DNA from: Gnetum montanum
Lineage: Eukaryota; Plantae; Gnetophyta
Direction: 5' to 3'
Assembly: GCA_015680685.1 (NCBI GenBank)
Contig: MNCI01000286.1
Span: forward strand, 373,213 to 437,212
DNA length: 64,000 nucleotides
This document shows positions 1 through 12,102 of the stretch, one piece after another. Numbering within the stretch: position 1 is the first letter of the stretch; each line of letters opens with the position of its first letter. Made by a program: the position numbers and the translations under genes. The notes below the pieces were generated by a model. It was not told where the DNA came from. It made no database searches and saw only the letters and a list, made by a program, of their open reading frames with translations.

Positions 1-830
1 TTGGAGGTTCCTTTGGAAAATTTAGGAACAAATTTAAATTTTTCTAGTGCATATCATTCATAATTTGATGACTAAATTGAACTAGTCAATAAATATTTTG
101 AGGTGTTTATTTGAGGAACAATCCAATAGGTAAAATTATTTTTTTTATCATGCTAAATTTTCTTAAAATAATGCTTTTCATATTGCTTTTGTAAGAAGCT
201 CATTTGAGGGTAACTATGGATTTAGTCCAAAGATGATGAATGATGTTAGGAGATTTGACGGAGAAGCTTAATTGAGTACTGGTTTTATCCATGAGATGAA
301 AGATTTTTATGCTCAAGTGAAGGCTAATCTTGAAAAGAAGGTTAAAGAAACAGTTATTAAGAGGAATAGGGTAAGAAAAAGTCAAAATTTGATGTTGGTA
401 ATCTTATTTGGGTGCATTTGAAGAAGATGAGGTTAAGAGGTGTCAACTTCTCAAAGTTAAAATGATATGAAGAAGGGTCCTTTCAAGATGAATATCAAAA
501 TTAATTATAATTCTTTTGAAATTGACTTATCAAATGATGTCGGTATGCATTTTATATTTAATGTTTTAGATCTTATACTTTATCATGGACTTGTGGATGA
601 TGAAACCTTATAGGACAACATTGATAAGTTGAAGGGATCTATTGACAAGTCAAAGTTTTCACAGGAGAGGAAGGAAATTGTACTCAAGAAGAGAAAAGCT
701 TCTAACACTTGTGGAGTAAAGAGTCATGAGTACTTGATCCATTGGAAGGATCAAAATGCTAATGATGTTGTATGAGTCTATGAGACCAAACTTATTAAGT
801 AGGGAATTACTTCTTCCCCTAATCCCTTGT
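1..830 (+). pseudogene. Ty3/gypsy (chromovirus-like) integrase C-terminus plus chromodomain, degenerate
   Basis: Manual translation gives F.VGNLIWVHLKK...KGPFK..KINYNSFEIDL..DVG...IFNVLDL (GPF motif, ~385-600) and EYLIHWKDQ...DV (chromodomain-like, ~728-775), with stops and frameshifts. Confidence 0.75.
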
Positions 831-850
831 TCACATAATTTTACTTTTTA

Positions 851-1107
851 AAGGGTGAAAGAGCTAGTGTAGGAACATTTCTTTCAAGTCATTTTTCATC
901 CCTACAGGTGATTAATTTGTAGGTTTGGGAAGCTAGAAAGATGTCTTTGCTATAAGCCATACAAAGAAAAGGAAAAACATAAAACATAAAACATGAAGAT
1001 ATCCAAAGTGGCTAGGAGACATCTAACCAAAAGAAGATATGTTTTTAGCTCTATGTTTGGGATAAATATAGAGGTTGGATTACTTGTTGAGCATAGATGA
1101 AGAGAGA

Positions 1108-1151
<44 letters not shown>

Positions 1152-1500
1152 GATAGATTATAAGGAAGGGTGCACATCTTTATAGTTAAGTATATGTAAT
1201 CTTGGCCGAGATTTGGTTTGATTGAACCTTGCATTAAGGTTAACCATTGTATGATTATAGAGCCTCATGCTCTATAATAGTGTTGAGTGTGTGAGGATTG
1301 AATGTGATTTGGATTGTAATTTCATTATAATTGTAATCTTTTCAATTTAATGGAAAATAGCTAGCTTTTCTAGCTTTTATGGCAATTGAATTATCTTTTG
1401 TTTTTTTTTTCTAGATTTAGTATTTTTAAAGGGTTAAAGAAAATCGGAGTGACCTTGCTCCACTATGTACCCTTCCAAATTGATTTTTCCTAGGAAAAAC
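851..1500 (+). repeat. PPT (851-867) and probable 3' LTR (TG at 868) of the chromovirus element; right end uncertain
   Basis: Purine tract AAGGGTGAAAGAGCTAG followed by TGTAGG directly after the chromodomain. No partner LTR is in the window, so the right boundary is approximate. Confidence 0.45.
1114..1148 (+). repeat. (AG)n microsatellite, about 17 units
   Basis: Read directly from the sequence. Confidence 0.97.
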
Positions 1501-1870
1501 TTACTCATGTATCCTAAAATAATAATATATTAGACAATAATGTTCAAAAGAGTTAGAAACCCATTTAACAACTAAAGCTAGGCTTTGATGAGAGGTGTGT
1601 AGAAGTGGGGAAGGGTGTTGGATCCTAAAATAATATTAATAATAAGAAAAAAAATTAGAGTACATCATATGATTAATCATTGAGTAGAAAGCCCCAAAAA
1701 TAACATCAAAAGGAACAACTTCATAATTTTAAGGATGTTGACTTATGTGAATTGTCTTGCAATGTATACTTTTAAAAAAATAGAGAGAAAAATTAATTAT
1801 TGGTGGGAAGCATGGTTCTAGTCCTAAAAATATTAACATCATTTTTAATATCTATGTTCTAACTTAATCA

Positions 1871-2012
1871 TTTTTTAAGTCCCTAAATTTTTTAAGTCCC
1901 TAAATTTTTATGTCCCTAAAATTTTTAAGTCCCTAAAATTTTTAAGTCCCTAAATTTTTAAGTCCCTAAAATTTTTAAGTCCATAAATTTTAAAATTTTT
2001 AAGTCCCTAAAA
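1871..2012 (+). repeat. Minisatellite, about 8 copies of 16-17 bp TTTTTAAGTCCCTAAA(A)
   Basis: Tandem units read directly; most units contain CCCTAAA. Confidence 0.93.
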
Positions 2013-2139
2013 TATGTTCATGAAACCTTAAGATGATGTCATAAGTGCTATATTAAAAAATTGAATGAAATGGAATAGCTAAGATGCTAAATTTTCCATG
2101 TAGAAGACTAATAAGAAGTAGAGATTAAGACAACTAAAC

Positions 2140-2832
2140 CCAAGCCTATTGAACTTAAAACATCATTAGAATCTCTTAAGTATATGTTCTTAGGGAATGG
2201 TAAATTAGTAATTATAAATGCATAAATTACAAGGGAATAGAAATAGAATTTATTGGTGATTGTTAGTAAATGGTTAATATCCTTTGTTTGGTCATATGAT
2301 AAAATAATGGGGATTGATCCTTACATATGTGAGTATAGAATCTACATTGATCCATCCATCAAGCACAAAAATAAACCATAGTGGAGATGAAATCTAAAAC
2401 TAAAGCAAGTTGTCAAAAAGAAGGTTGAGAAACTTATAAAAGTTGAGTTCATTTACCCTAGAGCAAGTATTGAGCAAGTTTTCTTATTATTGTACTAAAG
2501 AAATGTGAACAGTGAAGGATCTACATTGATTTCAGGCTATTAAACATGACAACCTTTAAAGATCATTTTTGTTGTCATTTGTAGACTAGGTGTTAGATAC
2601 TATTATATGACACAAATATTACAACTTCCTGAATGGTTGTAGTGGCTATAATCAAATTTAGATAGCCCTAAAAGATCATGCTAAAATCACATTCACAAGT
2701 TTTTGGAAAATATTTTTTAATGAAAAGATGCACTTTGATCTATGTAATTTTCATGCAACATTCCAACATCTTATCCTTAGTATCTTCCAAAAATAGATTG
2801 AAAAGAGTGTGGAAGTATTCATAGATGAATTC
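2140..2832 (+). pseudogene. Element A pol, RT N-terminal part
   Basis: ELK.....LKYMFLG, FVWSYD...GIDP, VVKKKVEKLIKVEFIYP, FLNGCSGYNQI, VEVFIDEF; interrupted at the catalytic DD-motif region by T1. Confidence 0.85.
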
Positions 2833-4500
2833 TATAGTGACAAAAAATGTTGGAGGCTGGAATGGTACACCAAGAGGTTCACAACATGTACAACTTGAAC
2901 CCACGTCTACATGAGGGCCTCTTGGAAATAGAGATGGGGTGCGCAAAATGGTCTTGTCGATCAAACTGGGGCTTACAATGTGTTACACCAAAATGAATGT
3001 TAAGGGTTCACACAATGTTTGCAATGTCCATTATGTCAATGAGGGTGAGCGTAGTCAGAGTTCTAGGTGCAAAACAAAAGTGCAAACACACAAATATGTG
3101 TAGAAAATAGCAAAGAATGCAAGTAAATGCTAGAATGCAAAAGAAAATGCTAAAAAATCCATAGGAAGTGAATGAGAAAGAAAGCGGCACCACCCCAAAT
3201 GGGGGAAGCATAGTTAACTACAGAGAAAGGTGAGGAGGTATGCAGTGTACAGATAGCCATAGTAGGTAGTGTAGTCATAGTCTCAGGGTGTTTGGGCTAT
3301 GAAGATTAATGTTCACCATGAAGTTTGGGCCTATGAGCTACAGTGGTCTACGGTATCCAAGGTGGGTGTGTGATGGTGCTGCGATGGTGTGCAATGGTGC
3401 CTACCAAAGTGCCAAGTGCACTCGAATGCTAGAGTGCTCCAAATGAAAATTTGTCTAGCTGACTGCTTCAAATGCCAACCCCTAAAATGTGAAACGCTAG
3501 GGTATTTATAGGGTTATGGTTGCCATGAATTGAGGATCAGGCGCCATGTTGAGACTATGCTATACCCAGCTATGCTCCCATTGAAGCAAATGGTGTTTTG
3601 TTGGTAATGGACCTTGTGAGACTACCAAACTGTGATTGCACTACCTAAACTATGTGTGCATGTGCCAAATAGACTACAATCTACCTAAAAATAATACAAA
3701 ATAGTGTAGTTTTGGAGACTACATTGTCCACTCTCTTAAGTGGTATCGAGTGTAGGTACAATTTTGGAGAAAATGGGGGATGTGTCAACAAATGCAAACT
3801 ACTGATCCTGCTCGTTGAAGGGGTGATGAAGCTGAGACAAAGGTTGGTGCTAAGTTATAGAGGCTTCTAAAGGTAATCTTGGTAGACTACATTGACTATG
3901 CTCTAGAGTGTAGCCCCAATAGTTAGACAAATTTTGCAAAACTAAGGTTCAGTGCTGACTACGCTAACTACACTCTAGAGCATAGTCCCAAAAGTGAGAG
4001 CGTAGTTCAAGCAATTAGAAATTTTTTTGCAAAAGTAGTGTCTCCAAGAAAACTACACTAACTATGCTCTAAAGCATAGTAGGGAGCATAGTCTAGTAGT
4101 TAGAAATTTTACCAAACTATTTCTTCCATCCCAAGCATGCTTGACAGCTTCTGGTAGAGATTTTGCTTAACTATTTTTTCCATGCCAAGCATTTTTTATG
4201 CCTCCTGGCTTAACACTTAGGCAACTTTTCAAAACTAGCAATTGGTGTGCTAACTATGCTCTGGAGTGTAGTCTCGGTAGTGAGAGCATAGTCCCCACAC
4301 TTAGAAACATTTGTAGCTACAGTTGACACTTAGAAAAATCTTGCAATTCTAAAATTCTTGTGCCAACTATGCTAACTATGCTCTGAAGCGTAGTCCCAGT
4401 AGTGGGGAATATAGTCTCAACACTTAGAAAAAATACCTTGTGTTGACACATAGAAAAATTTGTGGTCAAGACGTGGCTACCCAAATTTGGTGGTGTTTCA
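2833..4500 (-). repeat. T1 3' LTR
   Basis: Colinear with 20503-22229. 17 differences in the first 88 bp (15 transitions), indicating an old insertion. Minus-strand TATA box CTATAAATACCC at ~3500-3512. Confidence 0.95.
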
Positions 4501-4514
4501 TTGGCCCCTCTTTA
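4501..4514 (-). other. T1 polypurine tract (AAAGAGGGGGCCAA)
   Basis: Abuts the 3' LTR; equivalent site in T2 at 32968-32980. Confidence 0.85.
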
Positions 4515-6059
4515 TTAATGTCTAGAGGAGTGGCTTGAGAGACATTGATAAAGAATGCAAAACATCATAGCAAGCTAGGCACCAACATCACTTGTTAGCA
4601 CCTAATCGGAGGTTTCTTCACTATGCTCAAAAGTGCTAAGGGTAATAGTATGCTGGAGATAAAGGATGTTGGGAATGTGCTAGGAGATAACAAGGGAATG
4701 AAATGCAAATTGTGTGATACTACAAGGTGCAAAGTTAGCATGGTTGATGGTGATCATGGCACCAAGGTGGCTTGTCACCAAAATAGTGATCCCTCATTAG
4801 AATGCTTTTGAGGAAGTCAATGTCCATGGCACTAGAATAGCTTGTCCCTAAAATTGTGGCCTCTTGTCAAAGCACTTATGAGAAGGTCAATGTGGATTCA
4901 AGGTTGGACCTATTGCAAAATTGTAGCTTTGCTAATTTTTTCTTGGGAACATGTTTTTTCTCATTTTATTTTTCTTTTTCTTTTACATTTTTTTTTCTTT
5001 TTTGACTACAAGGTGAACCTACTTTAGGTTTTGCACATTGCAAAATGCTAACTACAGGATGCTTTCCATCAGGTGAATTGAGTGCCACCTAATGGGATCT
5101 ACTTTAAGGCAACCATGTTGCATCTGTAGGATAGGTGTTTCCTCCCCAGGATGAATTACGTTATATCTGCTTGGGCTTTAACTAGCCCATAGTAGCTCCC
5201 CATGGGAAAAGTTGCATTAGGTCTACTATGGGCTCTGCAATTAACTTATGGAAGATGCCATGTGCATTGGACGGGTTGCAAGCTTGGTGAGGTAGGGGAA
5301 GGCAAGGGAATGTAAGGTAAAAGGTGTAAATGCAAGTAGGCTATAGTAGGGTAAGTAGGGATGTGCACTCTTGAGCAACTTGGCTAGTCCAATCATGCAC
5401 ATCAAAGTAATGTGGTGACTTGCTATTACGATGAGATGCATCTCTGTACAACCACCTCAAGGGCTTCATCCTACAAACACAATACAAAGAAAACAAGAAA
5501 AAAACCATACAACATGAGATGAGAGCAAATTTTTGGATGTAAGGATGCTATAGCTACAACAACAGCTAAACCGGTTGCAAGTATTTGAAAAGCAAATAAA
5601 GGTGCTAGGGGCAGTGATGTTGTAGGTGCTCAAGAGCCCGAGCAATGGCAAGAGCCTGAGGAAAAATTACCAAAATGGAAAGGGGCTATAATGCTGCAAA
5701 TGCTCCAAAGGTCTCTCCCAACAGGAGCTCAGGGTACCAGCAAAATGCCCAAGGCTAGTAGTGCTACAAGTGCCACCCAGAGTTGGTAGTGCTACAGGTG
5801 TAGCCCAAAGTTGGTAGTGCTAGTGATGATGATAGGAGCTCTGGAAGATTAGAAAAATACCTAGGGGAAATTATAAAAGATCAACAAAATGCTGAGGGGT
5901 GATAACACTACAAATGTTCCAGAGGCCTCTCCTGATGACAAGAAATCCATTTTGGAACTAAAGTATCACCACCCTACCCATGAGATCTAGGTAGATGAGG
6001 GGGAGCTGGAAGTATTCTCACTCTCGTATCTAAAAAACTATATGTGTTGAACTACAACC

Positions 6060-6365
6060 CTAGTTTAAGGTCTTGGTAGACCATATTCTTTGCTAGTTAG
6101 GGTCCTAGTAGACCATGAACCCAATTTAAGGTCTTGGTAGACTGTGGTATTCTATTTTATGGTCCTAGCATACTATTGATTGCCAATTTAACAACATGAC
6201 CCAAGGATGGGCTATGCCAGTTTAGTGTCATTGTGGATAGCCTATGCCAATTTATAGTTGTAGTGGACTTACTGTGCCAGTTTATAGTCATAGCAGACTT
6301 AAGGTTTGGTTGACAGTTTAATGTCATAGTAGACAAATGCTTTGCCAATTTATACTCATAGCATA
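6060..6365. repeat. T1 3' UTR tandem array of ~29-31 bp units (GCYAGTTTAAGGTC..GACCATG family)
   Basis: About 10 degenerate units immediately after the integrase stop. Confidence 0.8.
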
Positions 6366-6404
6366 CTTTTCTTACCTTGCTTTGTCATGATGTGGTGTTG
6401 TGTT

Positions 6405-9400
6405 CTAGGCATAGTAAGGCTTCAAGTACGAGTGGTTCACTAGATTGGAAAATTAATTTTCATTGTGGTTAGCAAGCTTGAATGCTTCATTTTCATATGC
6501 CTTGACAACTAAAGCCCTTCCCAGTTGGCTAAGAATTTATCTTTGGGCTCACAAATGACTTTGAGGACTAGGTCCCCTTTCTTGATCAAGCATTGGTGCA
6601 AATTTTGATGGTTCTTTTGCTATTGCATTTGTTGGTACCACTCAATATGGTTAAGCATCTACATGTGCTCCTCCTCTATCAAGTCAAGGTTCATGGTTCT
6701 CAACTTGTCATTTTAAGCTTCATCGATGAAGCTCAATAGGATCACCTGGAACGATGGGACCTACAATTCAAGAGGAAAAATTGCTTCAAACCCATAAACA
6801 AGGATATATGGCTTCTTACCTATTGTTGTGTAGTAGGCCTAGATTGCATAGACTAATTGCTTATGACATCGTTGTTTACTGTTCCTAAGCATATTCTTTA
6901 GAAGATTGATGATGACTTTGTTTGTGGCCTTCACTTGACCATTCGCCTGTGGGTAGTAGGGCGATGAAAAGGAACAGTTCATTTTCAAGCTCTCGCAAAA
7001 AGATTTGGTCTCAGCATTGCTAAATTTTGGCTTGTTTTCTATGACTATGGTCATGGGTAAACCAAAGTAGGTCACAATGTTATCAAGTACAAATTTGCAA
7101 ATCTATTGTGGTGTTATCTTCCTAAGGGAAATAGCTTCAACTTGATTGGTAAAATACTTAGTTGTAGTTATAATGAGGCTATGTCCCACAGAGAACTTAG
7201 GCATTATAGGTCCGATGATTTCCAACCCCCAACATTAGAATGACCAAGTGATCTATGTTGTGTGCAATTCAATTAGTGACACATGCATTAAGTTTCGATG
7301 CCATTGACATGTGTCGCAAGTCTTGACATTAGAGACACAATCACACTCCATGTAAGGCCAATAGTAGCCTAAGTATATGATCTTTACTGCCATTTCCCTG
7401 GGTGTTATGTGGCCTCTACATAGTCCTTCATGGACTTCTTCAATGATCATTTGCACTTTGTTGTCGCTCATTCATGTTAACAGTATGTCATCGTAGGATC
7501 TATGATGCAATGTGCTATCATCCATGATGATGTACTACCAAGATCACTTTTGCACTACATCTTTTTTGGCAATGGTTAGATGCTATGAAAGTTCACCCTA
7601 TAGAAGGTATTCCTTAATGTCATTGTACCATTCTACTATGTGGGTTGTGCTTACTATGGCTATGGATGCAATATCAATAGTTTGCATGATAGGCATAGTA
7701 CAATCCACCACTAAGGTGGACAATGTGTGAAACATGTCAGGTGCAATGCTTAAGGCTAACATTGCTAACACATCGACTATGGAGTTTTCGTTGTGGGGGA
7801 TATGCTAAACATTATTAGTTGCAAATTGTTTGAGCAAGCTCTTTGCCAAGTCACAGTAAGGTTGCAAGTGTTTTACTTTACAAGCGTAAACCTCAGTGAC
7901 TTGGTTTACCACTAACTGTGAGTCACCTTGGATCGTTAGGTTTTGTATTCCTAGGTCACAAGCTACCAAGATACCTTGGAGAAGACCTTCATACTCTACC
8001 ATGTTGTTAGTGCATGGAAATGCAAAATGATATGCAAAGGATCGGATCTTCCCAGAGAGAAATGTGCTTGTGGCAGAAACACTATCCCCTTGAGAGGTTG
8101 AAGCACCATCAAAGTATAAAAGTGCCATGAAGTTATTAGGCACTTGACTTATGCTAGTGACATGCTCATCTAGAAATTCTAGATCTATTTCTACTTGATC
8201 ATCAATTGGGAAAGTCATAAGTTGTGTGGCTATTACTTGACCTTTGGTTGATGCTTGTGCAATGTAATGTAAGTCAAACTCCATGGTTATTACTTTCCAA
8301 TGTGCAATGTGACTTCTCTCATAGATATTCATGGTAATGTCTCGAAGTACATTACTTTTGCAAATGATGTTAATATAGCTATGGAAAAGATAGTGCCTCC
8401 ACTTCTTAAGTGCAAAGACTAAGGCAAGGCAATTCTTTTCCACATCATTATACTTTGCTTCATAGGCAACCAATGCATGGATTAGGTAGTATATTGAGAC
8501 CTTTGTGACATTTTCTCGCTTTTGACAAAGCAAAGAAATGATGGATGTATCAGAGGTAGCACGGTAGATGTAAAATGGTTTATCTCCTTGTGGAGGGTAG
8601 ACCATTGAAGTTGTGCTAGCTCTTGCTTAAGGTTGTTGATTTCCTCTTGGAATTGAGTTGTCCACTCAAAGTGAACTCCTTTTTTGAGCAAGTGTTGCAT
8701 TAGCTACAAGTTATGGGTCAACCATGTGATAAACCTTTGTATAAATTGTAATCTTCCTTGAAACCCTTGTAGCTCCTCAAGCTTAGCTAGTGGTGCTAAG
8801 TTGATAATGGCCTTAACCTTACAGGGTCTACATGTATGCTTACCTCGAATACTATGAAACCTAGCATGTAGCTCGTCTTGATGTCAAAGACACATTTCTT
8901 AAGATTTAACCTAATTTCATGCTTCAGACAATGTTTGAGTATAAGGTCTAAGTCATCTGCATGTTTGTGTGCTACTTTGGACTTGACTACTATGTCATTA
9001 ATGTAATCATTAAGAAAACCTAACATGTAATCACTAAAAATGTACATCATGGCTTGTTGATAAGTCGCTCTTGAATTCTTAAGTCCAAAGGGCATCATAG
9101 TGTAACAAAATGTACCCCAAGGGATCATAAAGGTAGTAATGAGCTAGTTCTCTAGGTTGATCTAAATTTGGTTATAACCTGAGAACCCATCCATGAAGGA
9201 CAACAAGGCATGACTAGCCGTAGTATCGACCAATTAGTCAATACTAGATAACGGGAAGTCATCTTTAATGGTTGCATTTTTTAGGTCATGGAAGTCTATG
9301 CAAATGCATATACTTCCATTTTTCTAAGGTACAACCACGATGTTTGAGACACAATCTATGTAGTCAATGGTCTAGATGAAACTAGCTTTGTAGAGCTTAG

Positions 9401-9890
9401 TGATTTTATCATAGACTACCAATGCCACCTTAGGCCTAACCTTGCGAGCTTTTTGCTTAACTAGTTTTATGTTGGGATCCAGGATTATGTTGTGTTGTAC
9501 TATGCGAGGATCTGGACCTGGCATGTCTTCATAAGACCATGTGATCACCTTGATGTTTTTGTTGAGTACTTTTGCGATGTTTTAAGCATGCTGACGCTCT
9601 AACAAAGAACTAAGTTGCAATGTTTTTACCTCATCACTAGGTGTTGCTACAAGGATTTCAATGAGGGGATCCTCAATGATGTCACCTACCTCTAGATCTA
9701 GAACCCTAACTAGATGGTTTGGCCAGTCTAGCAGTGCCTCTATGGATGTTATGTATTCATCATAGGCTATGGGCTCAAGGATCAGGCATTGTAGATCAAT
9801 GTATCATGTGAGATCACCATGAGGCCCGGTGAGGACCAAAGGTAAGTGAAGATGGTTGTACATAGTATGTTAAAAATCCTACCAAAATCT
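6405..9890 (-). pseudogene. T1 pol: RT, RNase H, archaeal-type RNase H (aRH), integrase
   Basis: MPFGLKN.RATYQ..M, DYINDIVVKS (8796-9128); RH and aRH LYFDGAS...FPCTNNMVEYEGL...QGDSQLV (7805-8605); H..C..C zinc finger (7253-7471); SSPYYPQANGQ (6839-7075); stop at 6405. Confidence 0.95.
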
Positions 9891-10025
9891 TGCAAAAAAA
9901 ACTAGAAAAAATGTCAAGTTGCACTTGTCTTAGCAAGAAAAATATGCATATAAATGAAGAAAAGAAATGCAATAAAATTCCACCTAAGTATGCACATCTA
10001 ATGTTAAAAAGCAAGAAATGCATGG

Positions 10026-10112
10026 GCTAGTTTTAAGCCTTGGCAGGCCATGGATGCTAGTTTAAGGTCTTAGCAGACCATGAAGTGCTAGTTTAAGGTC
10101 TTAGTGGCCATG
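10026..10112. repeat. Three ~30 bp GCTAGTTTAAGG..C..GRCCATG units
   Basis: Same family as the 6060-6365 and 15716-15998 arrays. Confidence 0.85.
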
Positions 10113-12102
10113 GTATGCACTAGATGCATCATTTTGGGAAAGGCCAAGAGTGCTTGGAATGTGAAGCTGGACTAGGCATTCATTGGGTAGTGAGAAAAAT
10201 ATAAAATTTTTCTAAGTCTATGGTGGCCAAAAAAATCAAAAAAATTTCTAAGTTTGGTGACTATGGTTCCACCCAACTATGATCCCACCCAACTACACTC
10301 TACACTATGCAAATAGGGTTGGTAAAACATTAAGTGGTCCCAGGGGATATAAAATCATATTTCACCTTAGGTAAGTCTATCATTGTTAAAGTTAAAAATG
10401 TAAACTTTTCATAGTGTAGCCTAGTCTAAAGAGTGTAGTTGCTAGCATGTCACACCAAAGTAGATGCCAACACTCCAAGTTGGCCAACATGGATGAGGGA
10501 AAGTGAGCACTAAGACACTTTCCATGGGAATGCATGGAGGAGCAAAGGGCACCACCATCTGCCAAGTATCCTAACTACAATCTCCCCTTTTTTCCATTTT
10601 ACCTTTTTTCACTTTTCTTATTTCGAGGGTTTGGGGCCTAGTTTTGGTGGTACCATGCCATGAAGAGGGTCATCACCATCATGACCATTATGGCCATCGT
10701 AGCTAGGAAGAGAGGGTGCACATGCATGGAGAGAGGGTTTTTTCTTTGGTGCTTTGTCTATTTGAAATACTTTGCTTTTTGTTGCATGGTGGGCATAGGT
10801 AGAGCAAGGATGAAGGCTTCATAACAATGGCCAAGGATCACTAGTCACATGTGCAGGGTTCTCTAAGAAATTTCTTTTTTGTTGTTACGTGGGGTAGGAG
10901 ATTGGGGTTTGGTGGCTGCTTTAGGACTACTGCCTACAAGGCTAAGGCATAGCCAGTTTCTACGATTTTTCCTTTTGTTTTCAAAACCAACTACTATGCA
11001 CATAGCAGGGATAGGGGGGCACCAACGATGGCTAGGGTAACTCACCCCAAGACAAGAACATAGCAAGGTTTACCCTAAAATTTTTATTTTAATGCAAAAA
11101 ATGCAAGGGTTAGATGTCCAAGGGGCATAGGGGCCATGGAGTAACTACCCCATAGCATGGCAGTGAGGGCAAAGGCATCACATCTTATAATGCAGCTATG
11201 TAGTTGCAAGGGCCACGAAGGGGAGGCATGACACCAAGGACACATTTTGTGCATTTTCTAGTTTTTTGTTTATTATTTTTCTTGAAAAATTTTAAGTTAT
11301 TGCAATGGGGTAGGGTAAGCGATGTAGTGCATGGCAGCATCATCAATGTAGATGGCATGGCTGGCACTTGATGCATAGGGTGCGGTGAGAGCAGCCAATA
11401 GGGTAGTGTACAATGCCGTGGTGGGATGTTGGGTGATAGAGAGGAGAGTGTTGGGGTGGTGGCCAAACCTCAGTTCATTGGCCACAACTAGGACTAAACT
11501 CCCATCTTGGAGATGCAATTAACACCAGGTGTTTGTCAAATTTATCCTTACTCAACAGTTAGTTTTTTATGAACCATGCTCTCTGGGGAGCATAGTCAGC
11601 AATTAGAATTTGTTGATGTTTGAGACTATGCTCTATAGTTTTCTAGAGCATAGCTAGGGATTCTAGGGTTAGAAAAATTTACATGTTTTTTTGGACTACG
11701 CTCCCCAGAGAGGTAATCCAAAGTTAGAATTTTTTGCGACTGTTCCAAACTATGCTATCCAATGTTACAAAAATTTTGAAATTTTTTTTCAAAATGCTAA
11801 ACTTGTGAAATGTAAAATGTTGGTGCTAAATTTTCAAAACATGCAACCTGTAATGAAAACTGTGTAAATATGCGAAAAAAAATTATAATGCTATGCAAAA
11901 TGTGTTGTGCTCCAATGAGTACTAGGCAGGTCAAATGTATATGTTGATGTCCTACACCCATGGAACCCCAAGGGGTCCTAAAATATATTTGCTAAGCTAT
12001 GCCACATTATGCTGATTTTGCTAAGTTTAAGTTAATATTTTTTTCCAAAGTTTGCATCTAGTGTATACTAACATTACATTCGTTGCCCTTTTGTGGTTGT
12101 AG

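Noticed and set aside
950-1234. 94-aa ORF with an SL repeat
   Set aside because: Artefact of the (AG)n microsatellite.
1871-2012. Interstitial telomere
   Set aside because: CCCTAAA units are separated by 9-10 bp spacers and do not form a contiguous telomeric array.
2833-2834. Non-canonical TG...TA LTR ends in T1 and T2
   Set aside because: The terminal CA is followed by G on the element strand (CAG, a CHG methylation site), so parallel C>T deamination explains it.
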